Below, in pieces: positions 1 through 10,362 of a stretch of DNA of 64,000 nucleotides. The stretch's first letter is position 1, and each line of letters opens with the position of its first letter. The stretch comes from an uncultured Hyphomicrobiales bacterium (lineage in GTDB: Bacteria > Pseudomonadota > Alphaproteobacteria > Rhizobiales > Beijerinckiaceae): assembly GCA_903900975.1 (NCBI GenBank), contig CAIUPE010000051.1, positions 678 to 64,677 on the forward strand, read 5' to 3'. A model generated the notes under the pieces. The model searched no databases and was not told where the DNA came from. It saw only the letters and a list, made by a program, of their open reading frames with translations. Position numbers and translations under genes: made by a program.

Positions 1-265
1 TGAGCGCCAGCGCAATGGGTAAATCGAAGTGACTTCCCTCTTTCGGCATATCGGCGGGCGCGAGGTTAACTGTAATGCGTTTGGCAGGCAGAGCGAGACC
101 AGAGGCCACCAAGGCCGCTCGCACCCGCTCGCGGGATTCGCCCACCGCTTTATCGGGCAGGCCGACAAGATTGAACAGCACCTTACCCGGCATAATCTGC
201 GCCTGCACATCAACGGGTTTGGCCTCGATGCCTTCAAATGCCACGGTTGAAACGCGGGCTACCAT
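1..265 (-). CDS. YifB/ComM-family Mg-chelatase-like AAA+ ATPase, N-terminal fragment (gene runs off the left edge)
   Basis: Not in the ORF track because it is open at the window edge. Reverse-strand ATG at 265-263 reads MVARVSTVAFEGIEAKPVDVQAQIMPGKVLFNLVGLPDKAVGESRERVRAALVASGLALPAKRITVNLAPADMPKEGSHFDLPIALAL. I recognise this as the conserved N-terminal domain of YifB/ComM proteins. Confidence 0.75.
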   Translation of the reverse strand, partial: MVARVSTVAFEGIEAKPVDVQAQIMPGKVLFNLVGLPDKAVGESRERVRAALVASGLALPAKRITVNLAPADMPKEGSHFDLPIALAL

Positions 266-344
266 GTCAGGTAAGCCCGCGCGGTCACAAGCCGTTGGTT
301 GGAGGCAGGCGTTTTTATGGTCATGACGCGAAAGAGAATAGACA

Positions 345-383
345 CAAAAAGCCACCGAAACACCTGTCACAAGTGACAGGTGT
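345..383 (-). terminator. Rho-independent terminator candidate downstream of mutS
   Basis: Perfect 11-bp inverted repeat ACACCTGTCAC / GTGACAGGTGT (360-370 / 373-383, 2-nt loop) abuts the mutS stop codon. On the minus strand it is followed by TTCGGTGGCTTTTTGTG. Confidence 0.55.
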
Positions 384-3088
384 CAATCGATCGAAACGGT
401 CTTCAATCGGTACAAGGCATCCAGCGCTTCCCGAGGTGTCATCTCATCCGGATGCAAAGCCGCCAAGGCTTCGCGCAAGCGATCAGGTTTTTGTTCAGGT
501 GCAAGGGCTATCGGCACCGGCTTCATCAGGGCTGAGAACAACGGCAAATCATCGATCATCCGTGCCACGGGGGCTTGTCGATCAGAGGCTTCGAGTTCGG
601 CCAAAATGATTGTTGCACGTTCGATCACAGAACGCGGCAGGCCTGCAAGGCGGGCGACCTGAATACCATAAGAACGGTCGGCAGTGCCGGGTACGACTTC
701 GTGTAAAAAGATCACTTCGCCATGGTGATCCGTGACCCGCATCGTCGCATTGGCCAAGCGGTTCAGGCGCTTGGTCAGCGCGGTCAATTCGTGAAAATGG
801 GTGGCAAAAAGCGCCCGGCAACGATTGCCTTCGTGGAGATGTTCAATCGTTGCCCACGCGATTGATAAACCGTCAAAAGTAGCGGTTCCGCGGCCGATTT
901 CGTCCAGAATCACCAGAGAATGTTCGGAGGCCTGATTAAGGATGGCGGCAGTTTCGATCATCTCCACCATGAAGGTCGAGCGACCGCGTGCCAGATCATC
1001 CGCAGCGCCGACCCGCGAGAAAAGGCGGTCGACAATGCCGATTGTGGCTCGTTTGGCGGGCACATAAGCCCCCGCTTGGGCCAGCACGGCGATCAGCGCG
1101 TTTTGCCGTAAATAGGTCGATTTACCCGCCATATTGGGGCCGGTGATGATTTGAATTCGACCAGATCGGGCACCATCGGGCGGTGAAAGTTGGGCATTAT
1201 TGGCGACAAAGGCTTCGCCATTGCGTTTTAAAGCCGCCTCGACAACGGGGTGGCGGCCACCTTCAATATCAAACTCTAACCCTGTGCTGATGTCGGGTCG
1301 CACATAGCCCAGATCATCGGCCAGCTCGGCAAGTGCGGCCGAAACATCAATGACAGCCAAGGCATCGGCGGCTTGTTTGATCGCCTCCATTTGGTCGGTG
1401 AGGCGTTTCGCAAGGTCGACAAATAATTCGAATTCAAGGCCCAATGCCTTGTCTCCGGCCGATGCAATCCGGCTATCTAGATCGGCCAATTCGACGGTTG
1501 AAAACCGCATGGCACCTTGCATCGTTTGGCGATGGATAAAAGTGGCGGAGTGAGGCGGTTGGATTAGCAGCTCACCTGCCGCTTGCGGTACTTCGAGATA
1601 ATAACCGAGGAAATTGTTGTGCTTGATGCGTAAGGTGCGGGCACCCGTCTGCTCGATATAGTTGGCCTGAAGCGAGGCGACAATGCGGCGGCTTTCGTCG
1701 CGCAGACCCCTCACCTCGTCCAGTTCTGGCAAAAAACGTGCGCGGATAAATCCGCCGTCGCGTTTGTTGAGCGGTAGATCGTCCGCGAGGGCCTGGGCCA
1801 ACAAGGGGGCTGTTTCCGGATCGAGCACGTCAAGGGCTAGGCACGCCACGCGAATTTCGGGCGATAGCTCCTCAATGCCAATGAGACGTTTGGCGATGGT
1901 CTTTGCCAGATGAAAGGCATCCCGAAGGGCTGCAAGGTCACGTGGGCCGCCCCGCTCCATCGCGAGACGGGACAAAGCGCGTGCCATGTCGGGTGCCGCT
2001 TTCAGTACCGAACGCAGCTCGGCGCGTAAGCTGCGGCGGTCAAGAAAAAAGGCCACGGAATCGTGTCGTGCGCGGATCGCATCGGGATCGGTCAAGGGTC
2101 CGGCGATCCGTTCGGCCAGAAGGCGTGCGCCCGGCGGGGTTACCGTGGTGTCGATGGCGGCCAAAAGACTGCCGCGTCGCTCACCCGCAAGGGTTCGCGT
2201 GAGTTCGAGATTGGCGCGGGTTGCGGCATCGATCTGCATGGCACCCTGCGCCACTTCACGCACGGGCGGCGATAAAGGCGGGCGCACGCCCAATTGGGTG
2301 CGAACGACATAGGCCGCAATCGCGGCCGCCGCCGAAAGCTCGGTCTTTGAAAACGCACCAAAGCCGGAAAGCGAGGCCACGCCGAAAAACTCCTGCAAGC
2401 GACGCTCGGCGGAGGTGGCATCAAACCCGTCGCGAGCCATTGGCGTTACGGTACCCGGCATATCGCGATAGAGGGTTTTTAACGGCCCCGGTTCATCGAT
2501 CAGGCTATCGGGCAGCAAAATTTCGCGCGGCTCAAGGCGGGCGATTTCCGCCAGAAGCGAAGCCTCTTCGGTTTCCGTTACGCGAAACCGTCCGGTGGAA
2601 ATATCGGCAGAGGCCAAACCATAGCGCCACGCGCCATCCTCTTGCCTTGCGCGGGCAACCGCCACCAGCAAATTGGCCCGCGCGGGATCAAGCAACCGCT
2701 CTTCGGTAATTGTGCCGGGTGTAACCAGCCTCGTAACATCTCGGCGCACGACCGATTTAGGCCCGCGCTTTTTGGCCTCTGCCGGATCTTCCATCTGCTC
2801 GCACACGGCGACGCGATGGCCGCCCGCAATCAGGCGCTGGAGATATTCATCGGCCCGTTCCACCGGCACACCGCACATCGGGATATCGGCACCCTGATGC
2901 TTGCCGCGCTTGGTGAGCACAATGCCAAGCGTGCGCGAGGCAATTTCCGCATCCTCGAAAAACAACTCGTAAAAATCGCCCATGCGGTAAAACAAGAGCG
3001 AATCCGGGTTCGCCCCCTTAATCTCGATATATTGCGCCATCATGGGCGTGGGGCGGTCGTCGGATGTGGTGTCTGTGGTGCGGCTCAT
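383..3088 (-). CDS. mutS: DNA mismatch repair protein MutS
   Basis: 901-aa ORF. N-terminal [20 protein letters not shown] mismatch-binding motif, Walker [20 protein letters not shown] and DEIGRGT motifs. Confidence 0.97.
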   Translation of the reverse strand: MSRTTDTTSDDRPTPMMAQYIEIKGANPDSLLFYRMGDFYELFFEDAEIASRTLGIVLTKRGKHQGADIPMCGVPVERADEYLQRLIAGGHRVAVCEQMEDPAEAKKRGPKSVVRRDVTRLVTPGTITEERLLDPARANLLVAVARARQEDGAWRYGLASADISTGRFRVTETEEASLLAEIARLEPREILLPDSLIDEPGPLKTLYRDMPGTVTPMARDGFDATSAERRLQEFFGVASLSGFGAFSKTELSAAAAIAAYVVRTQLGVRPPLSPPVREVAQGAMQIDAATRANLELTRTLAGERRGSLLAAIDTTVTPPGARLLAERIAGPLTDPDAIRARHDSVAFFLDRRSLRAELRSVLKAAPDMARALSRLAMERGGPRDLAALRDAFHLAKTIAKRLIGIEELSPEIRVACLALDVLDPETAPLLAQALADDLPLNKRDGGFIRARFLPELDEVRGLRDESRRIVASLQANYIEQTGARTLRIKHNNFLGYYLEVPQAAGELLIQPPHSATFIHRQTMQGAMRFSTVELADLDSRIASAGDKALGLEFELFVDLAKRLTDQMEAIKQAADALAVIDVSAALAELADDLGYVRPDISTGLEFDIEGGRHPVVEAALKRNGEAFVANNAQLSPPDGARSGRIQIITGPNMAGKSTYLRQNALIAVLAQAGAYVPAKRATIGIVDRLFSRVGAADDLARGRSTFMVEMIETAAILNQASEHSLVILDEIGRGTATFDGLSIAWATIEHLHEGNRCRALFATHFHELTALTKRLNRLANATMRVTDHHGEVIFLHEVVPGTADRSYGIQVARLAGLPRSVIERATIILAELEASDRQAPVARMIDDLPLFSALMKPVPIALAPEQKPDRLREALAALHPDEMTPREALDALYRLKTVSID

Positions 3089-3268
3089 ATCGGCTACGCT
3101 AGCAAAGGCAGCCTACGAACTCACGCCTTAAAGCGGACTTATCCGAAACAATTCGACGCGGCGCGGATAATGAGCACCGAAAGCCCTAAACTTTTTAACT
3201 TGCATTTCGCAAGTAACGTGGTTAGCTTGCGAAAAACAAGTTATAAATACATCATAGGAGATGGTTCG

Positions 3269-4252
3269 ATGGAAAAAGTATTGGTTACGGGCATCACCGG
3301 CTATATCGGCCAGCATTGCGCTGCCGAACTGTTGCGGCAAGGTTATGAAGTGGTTGGGACCATCCGCTCGCGCGTCAAGGCTGTTTCCACCCAAGAGGGA
3401 ATTGCTAAGGTCGCGTCCGTTGACCATCTGAGCTTTGTGGAGGCCGAGCTTCTCTCCGATAAAGGATGGGACGAGGCGATGAAAGGTTGCACCTATGTGC
3501 TTCACGTCGCTTCGCCTTTCGTGTTGGAAGAGCCGAAAGATGAAAATGAAATGATCGCGCCTGCCGTCCAAGGCACTCAGCGGGTTATTGCCGCCGCCCA
3601 ACGCGCCGACGTCAAAAGGCTCGTCTTAACCTCATCGACTTTTTCGATCATCGCCGGAAAAGAAACCGGCCATTATGGCCCCGAAGATTGGTCCGATACC
3701 GACGCCAATATTGGCGCTTACGCCAAGAGCAAAACGCTCGCTGAACGCGCCGCTTGGAAAGCGGTTGAGGGCGGCACGATGGAAATGAGCGTTATCAATC
3801 CCGGAGCTGTATTTGGGCCTTCTTTGGGGGCCAAGATCGACGGCCAAAGCGTGTCCCTGATCACAAAAATGATCACGGGCAAAATCCCGATGATCCCCGA
3901 TATGGCGATGGGCATGGTCGATGTGCGCGATGTAGCGAAGCTGCATGTTGCAGCAATGACCGCCAGTGGCGCCGCCGGAAAGCGCTTTATCGCGTGCACC
4001 TCGGAGCCGGTCGAAATGGCAACGGTTGCCAAAACCTTGCGGGATGCCGGCTACAAAAAGGTCCCAACCATGAAAGCGCCGACCTTCGTTTTGAAATTGA
4101 TGGGCCTTGTTGACCGTGAAGCCAAGGGCATGCTGCCCTTTATTGGAAAAAAGGCGGCGCTGGATAACAGTGCGACGATCAAAATACTGAACTGGCAACC
4201 TTCGCCCATGGCCAACGCCTTCAAAGAAATGGCAGCAACCCTTTCGCGGTAA
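3269..4252 (+). CDS. NAD(P)-dependent epimerase/dehydratase-type SDR (dihydroflavonol/cinnamoyl-CoA reductase-like)
   Basis: In-frame ATG at 3269, 8 nt after AGGAG (3256-3260). MEKVLVTGITGYIGQH Rossmann motif and YAKSK (YxxxK) active site. The 5' part of the 536-aa track ORF lies antisense to mutS and is discarded. Confidence 0.85.
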   Translation: MEKVLVTGITGYIGQHCAAELLRQGYEVVGTIRSRVKAVSTQEGIAKVASVDHLSFVEAELLSDKGWDEAMKGCTYVLHVASPFVLEEPKDENEMIAPAVQGTQRVIAAAQRADVKRLVLTSSTFSIIAGKETGHYGPEDWSDTDANIGAYAKSKTLAERAAWKAVEGGTMEMSVINPGAVFGPSLGAKIDGQSVSLITKMITGKIPMIPDMAMGMVDVRDVAKLHVAAMTASGAAGKRFIACTSEPVEMATVAKTLRDAGYKKVPTMKAPTFVLKLMGLVDREAKGMLPFIGKKAALDNSATIKILNWQPSPMANAFKEMAATLSR

Positions 4253-4311
4253 AGCTTAGCTTTTCTTTTTCGATAAAAAAATGCTTATCCCATCAATTGA
4301 AGGATTAAAAA

Positions 4312-4629
4312 ATGACCGACCTGCCGCAGGAAAAGCCAGCCTATTTTATGGTTCAAGTTAAAGCCAAAAGTTTAGAAGAACTTTCGGTGCGCTATGCTCA
4401 AGCAGCAATAGCTAGTTTGATGAAAATGGGTGGTCAAATGATCGCAGGCACACCTACGCCTCTTGTGTTAGAGGGCAAATGGGACGGAAACTGGGCGGCA
4501 ATCTTGCGGTTTCCGAATCTTGAAATGGCGCAAAATTGGTATAATTCGCCCGAATATCAGCCGCTTAGAGATCTAAGGATTAATGAGCTGACTGAGGGTG
4601 GACAGATTTTGCTAATCGAGGGAATATAA
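4312..4629 (+). CDS. DUF1330 domain protein
   Basis: 105 aa. PAYFMVQV..., GG..IAG....LEG.W......ILRFP..E.A..WYNSPEYQ pattern typical of DUF1330. The gene and its flanks are noticeably AT-richer than their surroundings. Confidence 0.75.
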   Translation: MTDLPQEKPAYFMVQVKAKSLEELSVRYAQAAIASLMKMGGQMIAGTPTPLVLEGKWDGNWAAILRFPNLEMAQNWYNSPEYQPLRDLRINELTEGGQILLIEGI

Positions 4630-4676
4630 TGGACTGATTTTCAGTCGTTTAATAGGTTCGAGCACTACAGAATAAT

Positions 4677-5039
4677 ATGACGCAAAATAACGGGAATTTG
4701 GAGTGGCGGTCGCCGTGTCCGGTGAGTTCGGCGCTCGATGTGCTCGGCGACAAGTGGTCGCTGCTCCTTATTCGTGATTTGATCATCCACGGGCCGCGCA
4801 CCTATTCACAGTTTCTCGAGGCGCCCGAGCATATTTCGACGAATATATTGGCGTCCCGGCTCGAACTTCTCACCTGCCTCAAACTAATCGAACGGGTTAA
4901 CCCGGATGCACCATCGCGCAATAATGCTTACCATTTGACCGAAAGCGGCGCAGCCCTCCGCCCCATCTTGGAAGCGATGGGAAAATGGGCTGGGGCGCAT
5001 CTATCGGATTTTCACGCGGATATGGTGAGAATGCCCTGA
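4677..5039 (+). CDS. HxlR-family winged-helix transcriptional regulator
   Basis: 120 aa with CPVSSALDVLGDKWSLLLIRDL, the HxlR signature. Confidence 0.85.
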   Translation: MTQNNGNLEWRSPCPVSSALDVLGDKWSLLLIRDLIIHGPRTYSQFLEAPEHISTNILASRLELLTCLKLIERVNPDAPSRNNAYHLTESGAALRPILEAMGKWAGAHLSDFHADMVRMP

Positions 5040-5197
5040 TCGGTGGCAGAGGGTTGGGATGCGGACGCTGTGTTCACTTTGGAACTGGCTAGCTGAACAG
5101 GGGTACATTTTCTCCCCTACACCATAAGCATTGTTGAGCTTCTCGCCTTCCCGCCCTAAGGTTGCAGCCGACAACATTCAAGGCGGGAGATATCGAC

Positions 5198-7486
5198 ATG
5201 GCGGACGGCAAACCAACCAAGCGGACGCGTCCGACGATTTCCGACAAGGAAGCGCTCGATTTTCACGCGATGGGCCGGCCCGGCAAGATCGAGATTGTTC
5301 CCACCAAGCCTATGGCGACGCAGCGCGATTTATCGTTGGCCTATTCGCCCGGCGTGGCCGTTCCCGTTAAAGCCATCGCTGAAAATCCCGCGCTAGCGTA
5401 TGAGTATACGGCTAAAGGCAATCTTGTCGCGGTCATCTCCAATGGCACCGCCATTCTGGGTCTTGGAAATCTCGGCGCTCTTGCCTCAAAGCCCGTGATG
5501 GAAGGCAAGGCGGTCTTATTCAAGCGCTTCGCTGATGTTGATTCCATCGATCTCGAAGTCGACACCGAAGACCCCGAGCAATTCATCAATGCGGTTCGTT
5601 ATCTTGGCCCTTCTTTCGGAGGCATTAATCTTGAGGATATCAAGGCGCCAGAATGCTTTATCATCGAGGAAAAGCTCCGCGAATTGATGGATATTCCGGT
5701 CTTTCATGACGATCAGCACGGCACGGCCATTATCGCGGCCGCAGGCATCATGAACGCGATGAAATTGACCGGGCGCGAACTTAAAACCACCAAGCTTGTC
5801 TGCAATGGCGCGGGTGCGGCCGGTATTGCCTGTCTGGAATTGATCAAAGCGATGGGTTTTGCCGCCGAAAACGTTGTTTTATGCGACACGAAGGGCGTGG
5901 TCTATCGTGGCCGGACCGAAGGGATGAACCAGTGGAAATCCTCTCACGCCGTGGAGACCTCTGCCCGCACGCTGGACGACGCGATGCGCGGGGCGGACGT
6001 GTTTTTCGGCCTCTCGGCCAAAGGCGCACTTTCAGCCGAGATGGTTAAATCTATGGCACCTAATCCGATCATTTTCGCCATGGCCAATCCCGATCCGGAA
6101 ATTACGCCAGAAGAGGCCCATGCCGTGCGCGACGATGTGATTATCGCCACGGGACGCTCCGATTACCCGAACCAGGTCAACAATGTCTTGGGCTTTCCCT
6201 ATATTTTCCGGGGCGCGCTCGATGTGCGGGCCTCGACCATTAATATGGAAATGAAAATCGCGGCGGCTTATGCGCTGGCCGAACTCGCGCAAGAAGATGT
6301 GCCTGATGATGTCGCCGCCGCCTATCAAGGCGCGCGCCCGCGCTTTGGCCGCGAATATATCATTCCCGTGCCGTTCGACCCGCGCCTGATCCATGTCATT
6401 CCGCCAGCGGTTGCCAAAGCCGCGATGGAAACCGGCGTAGCCCGTAAGCCGATCGAGGATATGGAGGCCTATAAGGCGCAACTCTCGGCCCGTCGCGATC
6501 CGGTCGCCGGCGCGTTGCAACGCATTTTCGAACGCGTGCGTCGTTATCCGAAGCGCGTCGTGTTTGCGGAAGGCGAAGAAGAGCAAGTGATCCGCGCCGC
6601 CGTTTCGTTTGTGTCGCAGGGGCTTGGCACGGCTATTCTGGTGGGTCGTGAGGAGCGCGTGCGAGAGCGCGCGCGGGCCGCAGGCATTGATTTTGATGGC
6701 CGCGACGGCATCGAAATCCACAACGCGAAGCTTTCAAAGCGCAACCCAGCTTACGCGCAATATCTCTATGAACGGTTGCAGCGGAAAGGCTACCTGCTTC
6801 GGGATTGTCAGCGTTTGATCAATCAGGACCGCAACTATTTCGCCGCGGCCATGGTAGCGCTTGGCGATGCCGATGCCATGGTGACGGGCGCGACGCGGAA
6901 TTATTCCGTTGCGCTTAATGACGTGCTCAACGTCATTGATACCAAACCCGGGCACAAGCTAATGGGGGCCTCGCTGGTTCTCGCCCGCGGCCGGACGGTA
7001 GTCGTGGCCGATACGGCGATTACGGAATTGCCGACAGCCGAGGAAATCGCCGATATCGCGGTGGAGGCGGCAGGCGTGTCGCGTCGGTTGGGATATGAAC
7101 CCCGCGTTGCGATGCTGGCGTACTCGACCTTCGGCCATCCACCAGGCGAGCGTTCAGCCAAGGTGATCGAGGCGGTCAAATTGCTCGACAAGCGCCGGGT
7201 TGATTTCGAATATGACGGTGAAATGGCCGCCGATGTGGCATTAAACAAGGACATCATGGCACAATATCCATTTTGTCGGTTAACCGACACGGCCAATGTG
7301 CTGGTGATGCCCGCGTTTCATGCGGCCTCCATTTCAACCAAGATGTTGCAATCGATCGGCGGCTCCACGGTGATCGGTCCGTTATTGGTGGGTCTTGATC
7401 GGTCGGTGCAAATTATGCCGCTAGGAGCCAAGGATTCCGATATCGTCAACATGGCAGCGCTCGCCGCCTTTAATGTGGGTGGGTGA
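5198..7486 (+). CDS. maeB: NADP-dependent malic enzyme with C-terminal phosphate-acetyltransferase-like domain
   Basis: Start moved to ATG 5198 (GGGAGA at 5185-5190). Malic-enzyme N-terminal and NAD(P) domains ([22 protein letters not shown]) plus a roughly 330-aa PTA-like C-terminal half. Length and architecture are typical of MaeB. Confidence 0.93.
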   Translation: MADGKPTKRTRPTISDKEALDFHAMGRPGKIEIVPTKPMATQRDLSLAYSPGVAVPVKAIAENPALAYEYTAKGNLVAVISNGTAILGLGNLGALASKPVMEGKAVLFKRFADVDSIDLEVDTEDPEQFINAVRYLGPSFGGINLEDIKAPECFIIEEKLRELMDIPVFHDDQHGTAIIAAAGIMNAMKLTGRELKTTKLVCNGAGAAGIACLELIKAMGFAAENVVLCDTKGVVYRGRTEGMNQWKSSHAVETSARTLDDAMRGADVFFGLSAKGALSAEMVKSMAPNPIIFAMANPDPEITPEEAHAVRDDVIIATGRSDYPNQVNNVLGFPYIFRGALDVRASTINMEMKIAAAYALAELAQEDVPDDVAAAYQGARPRFGREYIIPVPFDPRLIHVIPPAVAKAAMETGVARKPIEDMEAYKAQLSARRDPVAGALQRIFERVRRYPKRVVFAEGEEEQVIRAAVSFVSQGLGTAILVGREERVRERARAAGIDFDGRDGIEIHNAKLSKRNPAYAQYLYERLQRKGYLLRDCQRLINQDRNYFAAAMVALGDADAMVTGATRNYSVALNDVLNVIDTKPGHKLMGASLVLARGRTVVVADTAITELPTAEEIADIAVEAAGVSRRLGYEPRVAMLAYSTFGHPPGERSAKVIEAVKLLDKRRVDFEYDGEMAADVALNKDIMAQYPFCRLTDTANVLVMPAFHAASISTKMLQSIGGSTVIGPLLVGLDRSVQIMPLGAKDSDIVNMAALAAFNVGG

Positions 7487-7504
7487 GGCGTGGTCGCGCG
7501 CTTT

Positions 7505-7576
7505 GCGCGCGACGAAAAGGTCCGGTGGACCTTTTCGAACGCCGAACGCCCTGAGCCCAAGCGAAGGGCCGGAAGG
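7505..7576. repeat. Intergenic 72-bp repeat unit, copy 1 (contains 11-bp-stem hairpin 7513-7537)
   Basis: GCGCGCGACGAAAAGGTCCGGTGGACCTTTTCGAACGCCGAACGCCCTGAGCCCAAGCGAAGGGCCGGAAGG, read directly. Identical to 7593-7664. Confidence 0.95.
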
Positions 7577-7592
7577 CCGGAAGCTCGATCAT

Positions 7593-7664
7593 GCGCGCGA
7601 CGAAAAGGTCCGGTGGACCTTTTCGAACGCCGAACGCCCTGAGCCCAAGCGAAGGGCCGGAAGG
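7593..7664. repeat. Intergenic 72-bp repeat unit, copy 2
   Basis: Base-for-base identical to 7505-7576. The copies are separated by a 16-bp spacer (period 88 bp). Confidence 0.95.
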
Positions 7665-7759
7665 CTCAGCTTGCATCGGTGAAGCCTAAGCTGCGGCGTC
7701 ATGCCCGCCCCTTAGGCGATTTTTCTATTCGGCCTTGTGCGACGGGGTGTGGCCGCTTT

Positions 7760-9115
7760 ATGAGTGCGTCATATTCGCCCGTTATTTTGACGCTTTATAA
7801 CAGATTGGACCTTCGGATGTATGGCATCGTTGCCCGGATTGTGGCGCTAATTGGAAATGTGCTGGTTTTCATCCGCCATCAGAACGATAAAATAGCGGGA
7901 CAGGCCGTTGGTCAGTCGCCCTTGATTCCGCAGGCTAAGCCGCAAGGGCTGCCGACCCTAAAAATGCCAACGGCGCAGGGCTGGGCGAAAGATCAGACGC
8001 CGATGGCGGCGCCCGGCTTGAAGGTCAATGCTTTTGCCACCGGTTTAAAACACCCCCGCTGGATCGAAGTGTTGCCGAATGGCGATGTCTTGGTGGCCGA
8101 GGCGCTTAGCGTCATGGGCACGCCGCAAAGTCTGTTTGACCTTGCCATGATCAGCACCATGAAGCGCGCGGCAGCCGTTGGCGAAAGCCCTAACCGGATC
8201 ACCTTGCTCCGCGACACGGATGGCGATGGCGTAGCAGAACGTCAATCCACTTTCATGGAAGGGCTCAACCAGCCTTTCGGAATGGCTCTATTGAACGGGC
8301 ATTTTTATGTCGGTAATACCGACGGCCTCGTTGTCTTTCCGTATGTCGACGGTGCCGACAAGATTGATGGAGCTGGCCGAAAACTGGCTACGTTCAAGCC
8401 CGGCGGCCATTGGACACGCAGCCTGTTGCCGAGTGTTGACGGCAAAAAAATCTATATCGGCGTAGGTTCACTGTCCAATATCGGCGAACATGGCATGGAA
8501 GCCGAAGAGGGTCGTGCCGCGATCTATGAATTTGACGTGGCAACCGAGCAGAGCCGAATCTTCGCCTCCGGATTGCGCAACGCGGTGGGCATGGCATGGG
8601 AGCCGCATTCCGCCGATTTATGGACGGTGGTCAACGAGCGCGACGGACTTGGCGACGAAACACCGCCGGATTATTTGACTTCCGTTCGCGATGGCGGCTT
8701 TTACGGCTGGCCTTATAGCTATTGGGGCAAGACGGTCGATGATCGCGTGCCGCAAGACGAGGCTTTGGTCGCAACCGCTCTCCAGCCCGATTATGCGCTG
8801 GGCGGTCATACCGCATCGCTGGGACTTTGCTGGATGCCGGCCGGCACGCTTCCGGGCTTCCCGGATGGCATGGTCATCGGCCAGCACGGCTCATGGAATC
8901 GGAGCAAACTTAGCGGTTACCGGGTTGTGTTCATCCCGTTCGAGAACGGCAAGCCTTCAGGCGTCCCGCGCGATATTCTGTCGGGCTTTTTGGCGCCCGA
9001 CGAACGGGTATCTTATGGGCGTCCTGTCGGCGTGACGATCGGACATGACCGGAAATCGCTTCTGGTTGCGGACGATGTTGGTGATGTCATTTGGCGGGTC
9101 ACGGGTGCCGCCTGA
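7760..9115 (+). CDS. PQQ-dependent sugar dehydrogenase (soluble glucose/L-sorbosone dehydrogenase family), membrane-anchored
   Basis: The ORF is open from 7679. ATG 7760 is chosen as the first ATG after the repeat region, and ATG 7817 is also possible. It has an N-terminal hydrophobic anchor (IVARIVALIGNVLVFI). Beta-propeller motifs HPRWIEVLPNGDVLVAE, NERDGLGDETPPDYL and GGFYGWPY are typical of this family. Confidence 0.8.
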   Translation: MSASYSPVILTLYNRLDLRMYGIVARIVALIGNVLVFIRHQNDKIAGQAVGQSPLIPQAKPQGLPTLKMPTAQGWAKDQTPMAAPGLKVNAFATGLKHPRWIEVLPNGDVLVAEALSVMGTPQSLFDLAMISTMKRAAAVGESPNRITLLRDTDGDGVAERQSTFMEGLNQPFGMALLNGHFYVGNTDGLVVFPYVDGADKIDGAGRKLATFKPGGHWTRSLLPSVDGKKIYIGVGSLSNIGEHGMEAEEGRAAIYEFDVATEQSRIFASGLRNAVGMAWEPHSADLWTVVNERDGLGDETPPDYLTSVRDGGFYGWPYSYWGKTVDDRVPQDEALVATALQPDYALGGHTASLGLCWMPAGTLPGFPDGMVIGQHGSWNRSKLSGYRVVFIPFENGKPSGVPRDILSGFLAPDERVSYGRPVGVTIGHDRKSLLVADDVGDVIWRVTGAA

Positions 9116-9241
9116 TCGAATCAGGCTGTTCGTTATGCCGCAGGTTTGGCTGGGATGAGATCACGTCAACTCGCGGCATTTCATATTTATCCTCGACGAC
9201 TGAAAGGGGTTCAGGGGTTATCCTGAGGCGTTATTATTTTC

Positions 9242-9269
9242 GTGACAGCGTCTTTAAAAATGCTATATT
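9242..9269 (+). promoter_or_regulatory. sigma70-like promoter candidate for pqqA
   Basis: GTGACA (9242-9247), a 16-nt spacer, then TGcTATATT (extended -10, TATATT at 9264-9269). It lies about 65 nt upstream of the pqqA ATG. Confidence 0.4.
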
Positions 9270-9333
9270 ATTACCGTAGCCCCGACGATCGTGTGTTAAT
9301 GATTTAACTGGGGCGCTTTTGGAGGAACTTACG

Positions 9334-9411
9334 ATGGCATGGACAACACCAGTAGTTTCGGAAGTTTGCGTCGGCATGGAAGTGACGAGCTATTCTTCTG
9401 CTGAAATCTGA
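9334..9411 (+). CDS. pqqA: PQQ precursor peptide PqqA (25 aa)
   Basis: Too short for the ORF track. GGAGGA at 9321-9326, then ATG 9334. It reads MAWTTPVVSEVCVGMEVTSYSSAEI with the conserved W..P and E-x-x-x-Y (EVTSY) cross-link motif, immediately upstream of pqqB. Confidence 0.9.
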   Translation: MAWTTPVVSEVCVGMEVTSYSSAEI

Positions 9412-9450
9412 TCTCCTGCGATCCGACTGGGTTACCATGAAGCATGTATC

Positions 9451-10362
9451 ATGCGTGGCCTGAACGTCGCGGTTTTAGGGTCTGCAGCCGGCGGCGGCGT
9501 TCCGCAATGGAATTGCCGCTGTCCGGTGTGCACATTGGTTTGGGCGGGAGATGCGCGCGTTGAAGCCCGCACTCAATCGTCCATAGCGGTTTCGGCTGAT
9601 GGCGAGCGGTGGCTCTTGATCAATGCCTCGCCCGATTTGCGGCAACAAATTCTTGCGACACCGTTACTCCACCCCAGCAAAGGGGCTCGGCACAGTCCGA
9701 TTGAGGCCGTGGCGCTGACAAATGCCGATGTTGATCATCTGGCAGGACTACTTGTCTTGCGCGAGAGGCAGCCGCTCACCGTTTTTGCGACTGGACAAAC
9801 GCACGACATTTTGTCCGACAATCCCGTTTTTGACGTGCTATCCCGTGACGTAGTGAAGCGCTCGGTCATGCGCCTGAACGAGGCCATCGATACCGGGTTT
9901 GGATTGGTGATTCGTCCGTTTGCCGTGCCGGGAAAGGTAGCGCTTTTTATGGAGCAAAGCGACGCAGTGCGGATTGGCGATGTAACCGAGACGACAATTG
10001 GTTTGGAAATAGCCGCGCACGGCAAAAGACTTGTCTATATTCCGGGGTGCGCCACCGTCGACGCGAGCGTCCGGAAGGAAGCGAGTGGCGCCGATTTGCT
10101 GCTTTATGACGGAACGACCTATACCGATGATGAAATGCCCAAACTCGGCCTTTCGGAAAAAACCGCTCATCGAATGGGCCATACGCCGATGACCGGCATC
10201 GGCGGATCGCTGAGCGCTTTTGATGGCCTCTCCATTGGCCAAAAAGCCTATATTCACATCAACAATACCAATCCTGTCTTGATTGATGGCTCTGACGAGT
10301 GCCAAGCGGTCCAAGCTGCCGGCTGGACCATAACCCGCGATGGAATGGTGTTTTCGCTATGA
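9451..10362 (+). CDS. pqqB: PQQ biosynthesis protein B (metallo-beta-lactamase fold)
   Basis: 303 aa with an N-terminal VLGSAAGGGVPQWNC motif. Position between pqqA and pqqC. Confidence 0.93.
   Translation: MRGLNVAVLGSAAGGGVPQWNCRCPVCTLVWAGDARVEARTQSSIAVSADGERWLLINASPDLRQQILATPLLHPSKGARHSPIEAVALTNADVDHLAGLLVLRERQPLTVFATGQTHDILSDNPVFDVLSRDVVKRSVMRLNEAIDTGFGLVIRPFAVPGKVALFMEQSDAVRIGDVTETTIGLEIAAHGKRLVYIPGCATVDASVRKEASGADLLLYDGTTYTDDEMPKLGLSEKTAHRMGHTPMTGIGGSLSAFDGLSIGQKAYIHINNTNPVLIDGSDECQAVQAAGWTITRDGMVFSL

Noticed and set aside
2642-3268. 5' two-fifths of the 536-aa plus-strand ORF (2642-4252)
   Set aside because: This part lies antisense to the well-supported mutS gene and shows no family similarity. 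The SDR domain starts at the internal ATG 3269, which has a good SD.
6032-6721. 229-aa minus-strand ORF inside maeB, plus similar long antisense ORFs at 15348-16157, 36752-37561, 41963-42619, 45134-45913 and 50185-50829
   Set aside because: These are typical GC-rich-genome shadow ORFs. They are Arg/Gly/His-rich low-complexity translations, each fully embedded antisense in a gene with strong family motifs.
7470-7682. 68/69-aa mirror ORFs across the maeB-downstream spacer
   Set aside because: They are generated by the tandem 72-bp repeat. Their peptide sequences are internally repeated and low-complexity, and I see no RBS.
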